DNA of 64,000 nucleotides from Paraspadella gotoi (Eukaryota > Animalia > Chaetognatha). Each line of letters opens with the position of its first letter. Within the stretch, counting starts at the first letter, position 1. The position numbers and the translations under genes were made by a program. A model generated the notes under the pieces. It searched no databases and was not told the DNA's origin. It saw nothing but the letters and a program-made list of their open reading frames with translations. This document shows positions 11,695-23,601 of this stretch, piece after piece. The DNA is taken from assembly GCA_051294375.1 (NCBI GenBank), contig CM119269.1, forward strand, positions 17,408,265 through 17,472,264, in the 5' to 3' direction.

Positions 11695-13736
11695 ATGAAA
11701 GCTAGCACGATGTTGCGACGAATTGGGGCGGGTGTTTCCCTTTTCGCTCGATCATCGCCTTCGCGAAGCGTCGTCTCTCCGAATTTCTTTGCCCTTACTC
11801 GTCTCCAGCAAAGCGCCGCCGCCGCCGCGGCCAACGAAGAATCGGGGAGTGAACTTAAACCCTTGTACGTTGAATACTATTTACTAGTCCTGAAGAAAAA
11901 AAAATTTTCTTCTAAAATCAAAAGATCGAAAACGAAATAACCATATGCAGATACCTAGACGTCCAAGCAACTTCTCCAATGGACCCTCGAGTCCTGGACA
12001 CGATGATGCCATATTGGGTCAATTATTACGGGAATCCGCATTCTCGAACCCATCAGTACGGTTGGGAATCGGAGAAGGCCATGGAAGACGCTAGGTTGGT
12101 TAACATTAGATTCTATAAAATGGGACCCATTTTTTAACTGTAAGTATAATTATTAATTCATGATTAATCTTACCTTTGCTGCAGATCTCACGTGGCGACT
12201 CTAATTGGCGCCGATCCGCGCGAAATTATATTCACTTCCGGCGCTACGGAGTCCAACAACATCTCCGTCAAAGGCGTGGCCCGTTTCTACAAGTCGCGCA
12301 AGAAGCACGTGATAACTTCACAAATCGAACACAAGTGCGTTCTCGACTCATGCCGAGCGTTGGAAATGGAAGGATTTAAAATTACTTACCTGCCAGGTGA
12401 AAGAAACTTTACAAATTACTAATTTGTTTCGAAAACTATCTATTAGTATTCAATTTTTATATTTATAAAAAATTCATTTTTTGTAGTCAGCAACCAAGGC
12501 TTGATTAGTCTGGAAGAGCTGGAATCCAATATCACGGAAGAAACTTCCCTTGTTTCTATCATGACGGTTAACAACGAAATCGGCGTCTTGCAGCCGATCG
12601 AGGAAATCGGAAAACTTTGCCGGTCGGTGTGATGATGAAAAGTCAAGAGAAATAATTTTTAATAGTTTTTAAAACATAAAACGAGAGGATAAAATACTCC
12701 AAAGAATAATTCATTTTTTAAATTTTCATATTTAATCTTCACCCACATAGGTCTAAGAAAGTATTTTTTCACACTGACGCGGCTCAAGCTGTCGGCAAGA
12801 TTCCCCTAGACGTTAACGGTATGAACATTGACTTAATGTCGATTTCGGGTCACAAGATTTACGGACCCAAGGGCGTGGGTGCGCTATACGTGAGACGTAG
12901 GCCTCGCGTCAGGCTGGAGGCGATCCAATCTGGCGGCGGGCAGGAGAGGGGAATGAGAAGCGGGACCGTCCCTACGCCTCTGGTAAGGATAGAGGAGATA
13001 TTCGCTGTTATTCCAATGATGAAGAAATTCACATGTATATGACGTGTTGTTGCTCCACAGTGTCATCTTTTTCTCTCAATGTCATAGGTCGTGGGTCTTG
13101 GCAAGGCGTGCCAGATAGCGCTAGAGGACATGGACTCCGACGCCCGCCACGTGACGCGTCTTTCGCAAAGACTTCAGCAACGAATCTATTCCGAATTAGA
13201 ACACGTCATCTTCAACGGGCATCCTGGTCACACATACGACGGTTGCGTCAATCTCTCCTTTGCCTACGTCGAAGGAGAGAGTCTGCTCATGGCTTTAAAA
13301 GTAAGTCAGAGAACCGAAAGGTGGATGTGATGTGGATGAGGACAAAACGTGACCATTGGCGTTTTAGGACGTAGCATTGTCTTCGGGATCGGCGTGCACC
13401 TCGGCGTCGCTGGAACCGTCGTACGTCCTTCGCGCGATCGGAGCCGACGAGGATCTCGCCCACTCCTCCATTCGATTCGGAATCGGCCGGTTCACAACTG
13501 AGGCCGAGATCGACTACACCGCCGAGCGCGTCGTCAGGTGCCAGTTTTTTTTTCTTAAGAGTATTATTATACATTCGTCATACAATGTACAATTATATTC
13601 CTCGGTATCGAAAACATACATCATACAACTAACAAATTGATTTAGGCACGTGAAGAGACTTCGAGAACTTTCCCCCCTCTGGGAAATGGTTCAAGAAGGA
13701 ATTGACTTGAAAACCATCCAATGGAGTCAACATTAG
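11695..13736 (+). CDS. NFS1: Mitochondrial cysteine desulfurase, multi-exon
   Basis: Transit peptide, [32 protein letters not shown] lysine motif [12 protein letters not shown], catalytic SSGSACTS, C-terminal [12 protein letters not shown]. Confidence 0.97.
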
Positions 13737-13954
13737 TTTACGGCAAATCATCAAGTCCGATTTTCTTTCGCCATCGTCATTCGCTGCTCTCTCGGCCCTC
13801 CTCGGACTCAAAATTACTTTGTCCATTGTGTGATGCCTCTTTTCGGATTCGGGAATTCGATCGAAACGGATTATTTGTTTTTCTTTATATATTTTTTTTT
13901 CGCCTAGAAACAGTAAAAAACCAGAATTGGTTATCGATTAAAGATCGACTCGCC

Positions 13955-14907
13955 ATGTCCAAACGAAAAGGACTCAGTTTCGAAGAGAAGCGAGAACGAA
14001 TGTTGGAGATTTTCTACGAACGGAAAGACGTTTTTCAGTTGAAGGAGTTGGAAAAGATATGCCCCAAGGTTAGTGGTTGATTTATAGGATCCGTATTAAA
14101 CTTTTCCGATTTAATTGTATATTTTTCTCAACAGGAGAAGGGAATCATTTCCCAAAGCGTGAAAGAAGTTTTGACGAGTCTCTGCGACGACGGAATGGTG
14201 GACACGGACAAAATCGGAACCTCCATTTACTTTTGGGCCTTTCCATCAAAGGCTCTCAATACGCGGTCGGTGAAAATAACTTTTTCAGAAACAAATTAAT
14301 ATTTTAATAGCCTAGGTAATTCTCATCTATATCTATTATCCACTCTTCGACCTTTTAGAAAAAGAAAAATCGAAGAGTTGGAAAACAAAATCAAAGAACA
14401 AGAGGCGAAAAAATCTCGGACGGAAAACAGTTTGAAGAAGGAACGCGACGGAAAGGAAGACTCGGAGGAAAGAAAGGAGGTTCTTCAAAAACTCGAGTCG
14501 GTGATGGCGAAAAACGCCGGTTGGTTGGAGATCGTATTAAATATTCACCTCTTACACTACTAGCTAAAAATTAGACCTCTCATTCAATTTCCTATTTTTT
14601 TGTACTTTGGTATTTCTTAGAAATCGAGTCCGAATTGGAACGATTGCGAGAGTTCGACCCGGCATTTATTAAGGACATGAAAAAAGAAAGGGATGTAGCT
14701 TTAGAGGGAGCTAATAGGTGAATGACCCAGCATTGATCTTTTTTTTCTTTTTCTTTTTCTTTTACTAATTCCCTTCTTTTTATTCTCAGATGGACGGACA
14801 ACGTATTCGCTTTAAAATCATGGTGCAAGAATAAATTCAATGTTGAGGAAAGCCTTTTGAATAAACAGTTCGATATTCCGGAAGATTTTGATTACCTCGA
14901 GGCGTGA
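13955..14907 (+). CDS. MND1: Meiotic nuclear division protein 1, multi-exon
   Basis: [20 protein letters not shown]...[46 protein letters not shown] and IPEDFDYL. Confidence 0.95.
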
Positions 14908-15059
14908 TCGCCTCGTTGTCGCTTGCTCCTTCTGTTATTGTTAGCGATTTTTCGCCACTCTCGTCACCACTATTGTACCCCCAGTTTTTGTTTGATCTCT
15001 TTTTATTTACGTTTTTAACTTTTTATTGTTAAAGAAAAAACCCATCAAGAGAAATAAAA

Positions 15060-15918
15060 ATGGCAATGGCGCAACCGCAAATCATCTCGAATGGTCTCAT
15101 TAAAGAGATGCTTAGACAGGGAATAGGGAGCCCAGTCCGCCAGGGCGACACTGTCACGGTCGACTGCACTGGGTACGATATTAAGTTCCTAGAATTTCCT
15201 CACGCATTTCCTCATGAATCGATGCTATCCTATTTAGTTACTTACACGGCGGCGCGAAGTTCTGGAGCACCAAGGATTATGGACAACAGCCATTCAGCTT
15301 TCGATGCGGCATGGGAACGGTAAAAGAAAGACTTAATCGTTCTTTCTTCTAAATTTAGGTCGAAAAAAATGAGAAAAAAAATATTTTCTCTTTTTTTTTT
15401 TTCAAAATAAGATCTCTAGAAAATGTCGACGAACGGATTATTGGGCGAGTCAGACATAAACCGTTAAGTATCTTGACGCGCCCGGCGATTTTTTCGGCGA
15501 GAATTGTCAGAGTAGAGAGGAAAGATTGAATTTTTTTCCGCGGTGCACTCGCGCGAGAGAAACTGAACCTTCCTTTCCTGAGGAGGTAGGTATCTGCTCT
15601 TGTTTGACTTATGGGGATATGGTTTGTGTTCAAATATAACCTAACTCCTATGGTTAAAAAGTTCTTGGTTGTCTTTTTCCACGACAGTTTTATGAATTTT
15701 ATGTTTTTTTATCATTTTATGTCATTAACCTACTTTCAATCAAATAGGTCATCAGAGGATGGGACCTTGGCGTTCTCACCATGACCAAAGGCGAAGGGTC
15801 GCGATTCACCTTGGCTCCCGAAATGGGATATGGACCCGGAGGCTTTCCCACCTGGGGCATTCCGCCGCACGCCACGCTGGTCTTCGACATTGAAGTCTTG
15901 AAGATAAATGGGATGTGA
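15060..15918 (+). CDS. FKBP12-type peptidyl-prolyl isomerase with plant-like signature, 3 exons
   Basis: Spliced product ...GDTVTVDCTGYLHGGAKFWSTKDYGQQPFSFRCGMGTVIRGWDLGVLTM...GYGPGGFPTWGIPPHATLVFDIEVLK. Confidence 0.9.
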
Positions 15919-16282
15919 GACAATAAATGCGCGGGGTGGGGTATGATGTTCAGTTGTGCACTGTGAAGTGTGCTCTTGATATCATTTTTAACTTTGTTCA
16001 TTCAGATTAAATTCTTTATTCGCTGTTTTTTTAACATCTTAGCTTTTTTTTTACATTTAAACCTAATTGAACAAATAAATAAATATATTCACGATTTTCT
16101 GTTCATTTTTTTTCGTTTTCGATTCGAGGATCCGAGAGATTGCTCGTGTCTTCCACATAGTTAGTCCTTGATGTCATCGTCGTAGCCAACTCTTGTTTTA
16201 AATTTGTCAATGTGACAGTGTTTTCAAATTTACTTTTTCGTATTATTTGCTTTCCATAGGTTTTAATATTTAGCTGGAGACT

Positions 16283-17830
16283 ATGGATCTTCTTTTATCC
16301 AAACTTGACTTTCTCCAGATCTATCCCCTTTTACTCGGGCTCCTATTAAGTCTTGTTTATTTTTTTGTGAAATCGAGACGAAATCAAGGTCCGCCTCTTC
16401 CAGGTCCTTGGAGCCTGCCTTTTCTCGGCTGCGTTTTCCTTCTGCCCAAGTTTCTCTCCCCTCGCTCGCGGCGTCGTTTACTCTTCTCCCTTCCTCGTAC
16501 CTACGGCGGCGTCCTCGGCTTTCAAGCGGGACCCCTTCGCATTGTCTGGCTCAACGACATGGCCGCCGTCAAGGAGGCCTTTGTCACCAAAGCCGAGTTT
16601 TTCTCTGACAGAATTATACCCAACTCCGCGAACCGTATCGATCGTCTATTCGGGTCTCGAATCGGCTTTGGCGATATCGATTATGGAAGAGATTTCAAGG
16701 AAAGGAAGCAGCTCATCCTGCGCACTTTTTCCGACTTCGAATCCAGTGGCGGCGGTATCGTCGGTACGATCCAGGAAGAGGCCGACCACTTATCCGCCGA
16801 ACTGTCGAAGATCGCTGATGCCGGCCTGCCGACGGACGCGCACGCCAGCTTGTTCTACTTAGCCGTTTCCAATGTCATCAGCGTTTTTCTCTTTGGGGAG
16901 CGATTCGGCTACGAAGACCCAGTCTTCGTCAAGGCCATCGAAGGCTCTCGCTTTTTGTTCAAAAACCGAATGTTTTTGGAGGAATCAGCGCCGCTCCTTA
17001 GGAATCTGCCTGCGGTTCGCAAGAGGGAGGAGAAGAACTGGGTTAAGGCAAATGACTTCATGAATTTAATCCAGAGGGAGTTCAAACGCCGCGCGACGGA
17101 GGTATCGGCCGCCCCCAAAGGCTTCGTTGAAGTCGGCTTGAAGATGATGAGCCAAGGCAAGATCTCTATGTCGCCTGAATGCGTCAAGAGAATCATCGTC
17201 GACCTCTTTTTTGGCGGGGCCGACACGACCGCCTCTTCCTTGATGTGGTTCCTCCTTTATTTGATTCGTTTTCCCGAAATTCAGAAGAAATGTCAAGCGG
17301 AGATCGATGCCGTTTTGGGTCCCGATGGCGACATGACTAAGTTCCAACCGCAAAAAGATTTTCCCTACACCGTGGCTACTCTCTGGGAAACCTGGAGAAT
17401 CGCCTGCGTGGCTCCGTTGACTCTGCCTCACCGAAGCCGAGAAAACGCCACCGTCTGCGGCTATCGAATCCCCAAAGACTCCTTGGTCTTTGCTAACATT
17501 TTTTATATTCACATGAACGAAGAGAATTGGGCAGACCCGTCGGAGTTTCGTCCCGATCGATGGCTGAAATCTGACGACCCATCTGGGACAGTGTTAGTTC
17601 AGCACCGGGATTTTCTCCCTTTCTCTTACGGTCCTCGTCGATGCGTCGGGGAAAAATTGGCCCGTGACGAATTCTGCATCTTCGCCATTAATCTCTTGAG
17701 AAAGTTTTCCTTCGAAGAGGAAGATCCCGAAAATCCACCGGAATTGCGAGGGGAAGGTCTGCTCATCAATACGCCTATTCCTTATCGTATGATGATCCGT
17801 AAGCGCTTGGAGGGCGGAAATATTATTTAG
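16283..17830 (+). CDS. Cytochrome P450, CYP2-clan-like, intronless
   Basis: N-terminal TM plus PGPWSLPFLG hinge, I-helix GGADTT, K-helix ETWR, heme motif FSYGPRRCVG. Confidence 0.93.
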   Translation: MDLLLSKLDFLQIYPLLLGLLLSLVYFFVKSRRNQGPPLPGPWSLPFLGCVFLLPKFLSPRSRRRLLFSLPRTYGGVLGFQAGPLRIVWLNDMAAVKEAFVTKAEFFSDRIIPNSANRIDRLFGSRIGFGDIDYGRDFKERKQLILRTFSDFESSGGGIVGTIQEEADHLSAELSKIADAGLPTDAHASLFYLAVSNVISVFLFGERFGYEDPVFVKAIEGSRFLFKNRMFLEESAPLLRNLPAVRKREEKNWVKANDFMNLIQREFKRRATEVSAAPKGFVEVGLKMMSQGKISMSPECVKRIIVDLFFGGADTTASSLMWFLLYLIRFPEIQKKCQAEIDAVLGPDGDMTKFQPQKDFPYTVATLWETWRIACVAPLTLPHRSRENATVCGYRIPKDSLVFANIFYIHMNEENWADPSEFRPDRWLKSDDPSGTVLVQHRDFLPFSYGPRRCVGEKLARDEFCIFAINLLRKFSFEEEDPENPPELRGEGLLINTPIPYRMMIRKRLEGGNII

Positions 17831-19156
17831 TGGTTGATTTATTAATTTGGTTTGAGTCATATGAATTGCCCACTTATCGCTAAATGGTTTACAGGGTAGT
17901 GATTCAAAACCTAGAATAGTTTTTACCATCAGATTTTAAAGGCAAAAAATTATAGAATGTCTTTTTATCATACACCAAAATAATTACTGATAACAATACA
18001 CTGCGCTACTAAAATGTTTCCTAGCAGTATGTTATATTATTAAGAAGGCTATTAAGAATAGGATTAACTACTATTTTAAGTCGGGGGGGGGGGAAGGATG
18101 CTGCAGGTAGCAATTGTAGCATACCCAAACCCAACAACATGCGTACTCGTAACTCATTTCTATACTAAAAGGAAAATTCTAAAGAGAGCAAATGAAATGC
18201 TCAATTTAGAAATATTTACTGGGATATCTTATGTTTACTATCCTGTGGCGATTAAATTTCCGCAGTTTAACAAAACTTATTTTAACCTTAATTAATAAAA
18301 GCAATTTTAAGATGCTGTAAACATTTCTTTTTTTTCTTAAGTTTATACAATACGGGCCACTTTGGTTGAGTGCCATCTTTGTGAGCTTATAAAAGCAATA
18401 ACTGATGTAGTTGGGACTCTGTTTTAAAATATCAAGTAAATCGCTTAATGCAATCTACTGCAACATCAGATGCAGCAACATTTTAATTTTTAACTGAAGG
18501 ATTTTCGGGCTTGATAATATCCACATCGATCATCTAACTCCCCTAAACTGTGCTAAGTAGGGCGTTTTAAAGGGAGAGACCCATATATATAATTTAACCA
18601 AAATTTCGATGGCGTAGGGTAAAACATCTTCGAGTTGTGGCTCAATTTTTCAGACGGGTTAATGAAGAGTAGATGTGATTCTTTTGGGTGTTGTGGCAGC
18701 AGTGGTTTTTGTAGCAGTGGTTGTCGCATTGAATGAAAAGTTAGAAAAAGTTTTGGTTAAGCATCAACAATTAAATTTTTTTCTTTAAATGCACCGGATG
18801 TGTCACCAAATATAAAAAAGAATTTCTAAGTTTTGAATCACTACACTGTGCTTTGGTGGCACTCGGTTCGTCGACTTCTGGCGTTGAATTTTTCGGTTTT
18901 TTATTGAAATCTAAGTTACTTCCGCAGCCGCTTGCATTTCGATATTTTTTTTTCTCTTGGTTTATTGTTCTTCGCTTTTGCTACTCAACATTTTTCTCGG
19001 ATGCTCGAATCTATTATTTGTTGTTTTTTTTTGTTATTATTTTTGGCGTTTAATATTCCAATGTAGTTATTTTAACAAACAGCAATCTCGATTTTTCTAA
19101 GAAGAAATACTTATGAAAATTAAATACATTTGGCATTTCAACTTGTCAATTACGAA

Positions 19157-21123
19157 ATGTCGTTAAACGAATTCTGGCTCATCTCCGCCCCGGCGGACAA
19201 AACCTGCCAACAAACGTGGGACATGATGAACAACGTTACAGCCAAGCAAAATGCTCTCTCGCAAAATTACAAGTTTCACATTCCCGAGCTCAAGGCAAGA
19301 TATTTTAGTCGAAAAACACTAATTTTAATTTTTAAAATCTTAATTACTAATTAGCTAATTGTTCGCCTTTCTGTATAGGTGGGCACCCTGGATGTTCTAG
19401 TCGGCCTCTCTGACGACCTGGCCAAGCTCGACTCTTTCACCGAGCAGGTTACTCGGAAAATTGCGTCTTATTTCGCCGACGTCCTCGAGGAGCAACGCGA
19501 TAAATTGGCCGAAAACCTCCACGCTAACGGGCAGGACCTCGCAACCTACGTTACTAAATTTCAGTGGGACATGGCCAAGTACCCTATTAAACAGGTGCCG
19601 CAGGAAATTTAAACTCATTGGGTTCAATTGCTCCCGTCGGTCATAAACGATGTCGTCGCGCTCGACATTTCTCATCACAGCCTCTTCGCAACCTGACGGA
19701 AATCCTTTCGAAGCAAGTGACGCAAATCGAATCCGATCTCAAGAACAAATCGACGTCCTACAACAATCTCAAGTCAAGCCTCCAGTCGATGGAGCGGAAG
19801 CAGGTCGGGAGTCTCCTCACGCGAAACGTCAGCGATTTGGTCAAGAAGGAAGACTTCGTGCTCGACTCGGAATACCTGACGACCATTTTGGTCGTGGTGC
19901 CGCAGGTCGGTTGAAGGAATTGTTGGGCTAGGAAAAGAGTTTTAGACGCACATGATTACAGAATTTCTTCACCTGATAAACTCATGAAGAAAAAGACAAA
20001 ATGATTTTATTATTTTGATTTTTTTTAAAAGTCGTGGGATTTGGCGAAAATGTTTAATTCCCCCGCCATCCCTTCCCTTTTTTCAAAATTCAGCCACTTT
20101 ATAAAGACTGGTACGCCAAGTACGAGCGTTTGACGGACATGGTAGTTCCGCAGTCTTCGAAAAAAGTGTACGAAGACAACGATCACGGACTCTTCACCGT
20201 CACCCTCTTCCAGAAGGTCGTCGATGAGTTTAAGCATCACGCCAGGGAACATAAATTCTACGTCAAGGATTTCGTTTACAACGAGGACAACATCCAGCAA
20301 GAAAAGGGCCAGTTGACAAAGTTGAGCCAGGTCCGTGCTGCTGGAAGAACGATTGGATACATGCGAAATATTTTTAAAAATCGAAAATAATTAAATACTG
20401 TGAATTATTTATTTATTATTAATTTATGAAATTGGTACAACCAATATAAAAATTATCCATTCATTTAATAAATAAGCTATCTTGCCCCTGACTTTGGACA
20501 GGCTTTGGTGGTTTCAGGCCTCCATCACTCTTACAAGATAATTACATAGCAGGTCCCTGCAAGCTTTCAATCAAGACTCTCTCACAGTCCCGTTTATTCA
20601 CTCCCAGAGTACCTGGCTTCCCTATCAATGAAGTGGAAAATATTTCAAAGAATGTTTCAATTGTATGAAAAGACCACTCCCTTATTTTCGTGTAGGACAA
20701 GAAAAAACAATACGGACCTCTAGTGCGTTGGTTGAAAGTTAACTTCAGTGAAGCTTTCACGGCTTACATTCATATCAAAGCGCTGCGCGTTTTCGTGGAG
20801 TCTGTGTTGCGTTACGGGCTTCCCGTGAATTTTCAGGTTTGTAAGTTATTCCATTCTAATTTTTTTCCGCTTAGTGAACTATTTTATAATTTCCTAAGGC
20901 CATGTTGTTGCAACCCAACAAAAAGATGACGAAGAGACTCCGTGAAGTGTTGAATCAACTATATAGTCACTTGGACTCTTCTTGCGATGTTGGGATGGAG
21001 CCCGAACGGGACGACGCCGTCTCCGCTCTCCAGGCTTCTTTGGGCGGAGCTGGAACTGACTTTTACCCTTACGTCTCTTATCGAGTTATGATAGATTTTG
21101 CCGAGCAGGCCGTCCATAAATGA
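19157..21123 (+). CDS. ATP6V1C: V-type ATPase subunit C, multi-exon; first intron is GC-AG
   Basis: [60 protein letters not shown] and [17 protein letters not shown]. Confidence 0.96.
20423..20683 (+). repeat. About 260-bp interspersed repeat, copy 1 (ATP6V1C intron)
   Basis: Near-identical to 61008-61270 (TTTATGAAATTGGTACAACC...AGACCACTCCCTT). Confidence 0.85.
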
Positions 21124-22000
21124 GAGCTGAATATTATATTTTTTTATATTTCTATTATATTATATTTTGAATTTATACTTAACACTTGGCTCATTTACAA
21201 AGGATGACTTTATTAGACTCTCAGAAAGAAAAATGCCGAGAGCGAGACGCGCGATTTTTAGTGCTTTTTGGTTTTCCGTTTTTTCTCAATTGGCGGGAAA
21301 GTGTCTTTTTTCAATCATGGTTCCAAGTTTTTTTTCCGTTTCGGATCACGTTCTATAACCTTGATAGTTCTACTTTAGTTATATTTCGTGGTGCGACAAT
21401 AATCTTGAATTATTCTAATGCCATAGATATTTCACTAATTACGATATTGATTGTGGTAAATAGTCAGGGCAGGTTCTTGACTCATTACTTACCCATCCCG
21501 ATAAGTTTTGATATTATAACTTGTTATTTGATCCTCTAGTCATTGTGATTTGTGATAGATATTTCAATATAACGTGTGCTGATTTTTTTTCTTATTCATT
21601 TATGGGGATTAGCAGTTTTACATTTTCAGGGCGGTTTTCAAAAAATGTGATTACCTCAAATATGTCTTTTAATAAGTGTAAAACTTTTTCTGTTTAGACT
21701 TTAGTTTCAGTACGATTTTTCTGTAAAAGACTTAATAGACCTGAAAAAAGTCACCAATATGGACAATCGACAAAGCTTATTCTCGTCTATTCAAATTTTA
21801 TTTTATAACCTCTGACATTACGTATATCTTTTCCTGACAAGTTTTTTAGGTTTAACGAGGTCGAATAAAAAAGCACGTCGGTTGGCCAATTGGATATTTA
21901 AGTTCGCAATTTAATGAATTTTAAGTGATGTTACGCTCGTAAATCCGCGTTTCCTTCGATTTAAACTAAAAACCCCTCGACTTTCCGACGATGAGGAAAA

Positions 22001-23415
22001 ATGAACCCTCAGAAATACGAGGAATCTCGACTGGAGTCTTTTCTCATGTCAAACTCAGTCAAGTCCTTCCTGTCGGGCACCTTTTCCGGGTTTTGCTCGA
22101 CGGTCTTATTCCAACCTTTCGACCTTGTCAAGACGAGACTCCAGGCGCAACGTGGCGAGGCTTTCACGATCGATGAGTCAGCTCGGAACGAAGCGATATC
22201 GAGGCTGGCGCGATCTTCGTCCCATCGCCTCACCATTCGCGGGATCGTGACCGAGGTCGTGCAGAACAACGGAATAACGGTTCGTTGGAACGAATGGACA
22301 AATGGCCTTGGCAATCGGCGAGATTATTTCTTGAAAGGAAAAATGTTGTTTCTTTTTCAAGTGCTTGAAGCAAGAAATTATTGTTCGATTGAATTATATG
22401 AATTACTAATTAATTGCTATTAAAAAAATCCATAAAAGGGTCTTTGGCGCGGCCTGACCCCTTCCCTCGTTCGCACGGTGCCCGGCGTGGGCCTTTACTT
22501 CGGCCTACTCCACTCCATGAAGACTTTCTTCAACCTGCAACGCCCAAACGCCCGGGAGGCTTTTCTCCTCGGTGCCTCTTCACGCCTACTTGCCGCCTCC
22601 TTGCTAATGCCCTTTACTGTGATCAAGGCGCGGTTCGAGTCGGGCGTTTATCAATATTCCGGAATTTTTAACGCCTTGGTTCAGATCTCGAGGGCGGAAG
22701 GATTACGGGTGAGAATCAAATTTGATTGGGCTTTTCTCTTTATTCTCTTTTATGGATGGAATTTCTTCTCTCTTCTTCAGACTTCCGAGAACTTCAGTAT
22801 CTCTTCATAATAAAGAGAAACATTGATCAATGATCATGCCTTTTTTCTTCTTTATCGGTTTCGTCATACCATTTCGTATTTCTTTTTAAAATAAGCCTAT
22901 CTTTGCACTACTGGGGTCAACTCTCTTAAATGTTTTCGTGTTTTCAAAGGGCCTCTGGTCTGGCTTCATCGCCACCCTTCTTCGCGACGCCCCCTACTCG
23001 GGCCTCTATCTCATGTTTTACGAACGCGCGAAGGAATCGGTTAAGCCCTATTTGGCGTCGCCTGACAAATCCTTGCTACCTCTCCCTACGGTGTACTTCT
23101 TCTGCAGCCTGTTGGCTGGTAAGTTGGCGACAGGGTCGGAGCAAACAAACCCTTTTAGCAAGCGCTCCCCCTGTTCCTTCAGGCGTCCTTGCATCTGCGG
23201 CCACGCAGCCTCCCGATGTTATAAAGACTCGGATGCAAGTAAACCCGACTCTTCACCGTAGCGTTCCGGCTACAGTGGTCTATATTTATCGATATCAAGG
23301 TGGAGTTGCTGGTTTTTTTCGCGGGTTTGTTCCAAGAACCACAAGGCGAACTCTCATGGCTGCCACAGCCTGGACGGTTTATGAGCAAGTCATGGCGTGG
23401 ATGGGCTTGACGTGA
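22001..23415 (+). CDS. SLC25A38: Mitochondrial glycine transporter (solute carrier 25), multi-exon
   Basis: Three carrier motifs (PFDLVKTRLQ, PFTVIKARFE, PPDVIKTRMQ), plus LRDAPYSGLY and RRTLMAATAWTVYE. Confidence 0.92.
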
Positions 23416-23601
23416 ACGGCCGAACTTGTCATTGATTTTCTTTTTTTTTAATTTTTTAAAAATTTTGATATTTATGTCACTCTTGTGTGCTACCGAGTAG
23501 CAAATCTTTGTTATAGCCTATGTATTGTTATGATTTTAACGTAGTAACGTTTCCGCTTTCGAGGTAGGGGAATTTGGAAGTTGCGGCTTATTTCCTCGAA
23601 A

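Noticed and set aside
11695-23415. Functional pathway cluster (Fe-S, heme, P450)
   Set aside because: NFS1, SLC25A38 and the CYP are interspersed with unrelated genes. General housekeeping enrichment explains the neighbourhood without a dedicated pathway.
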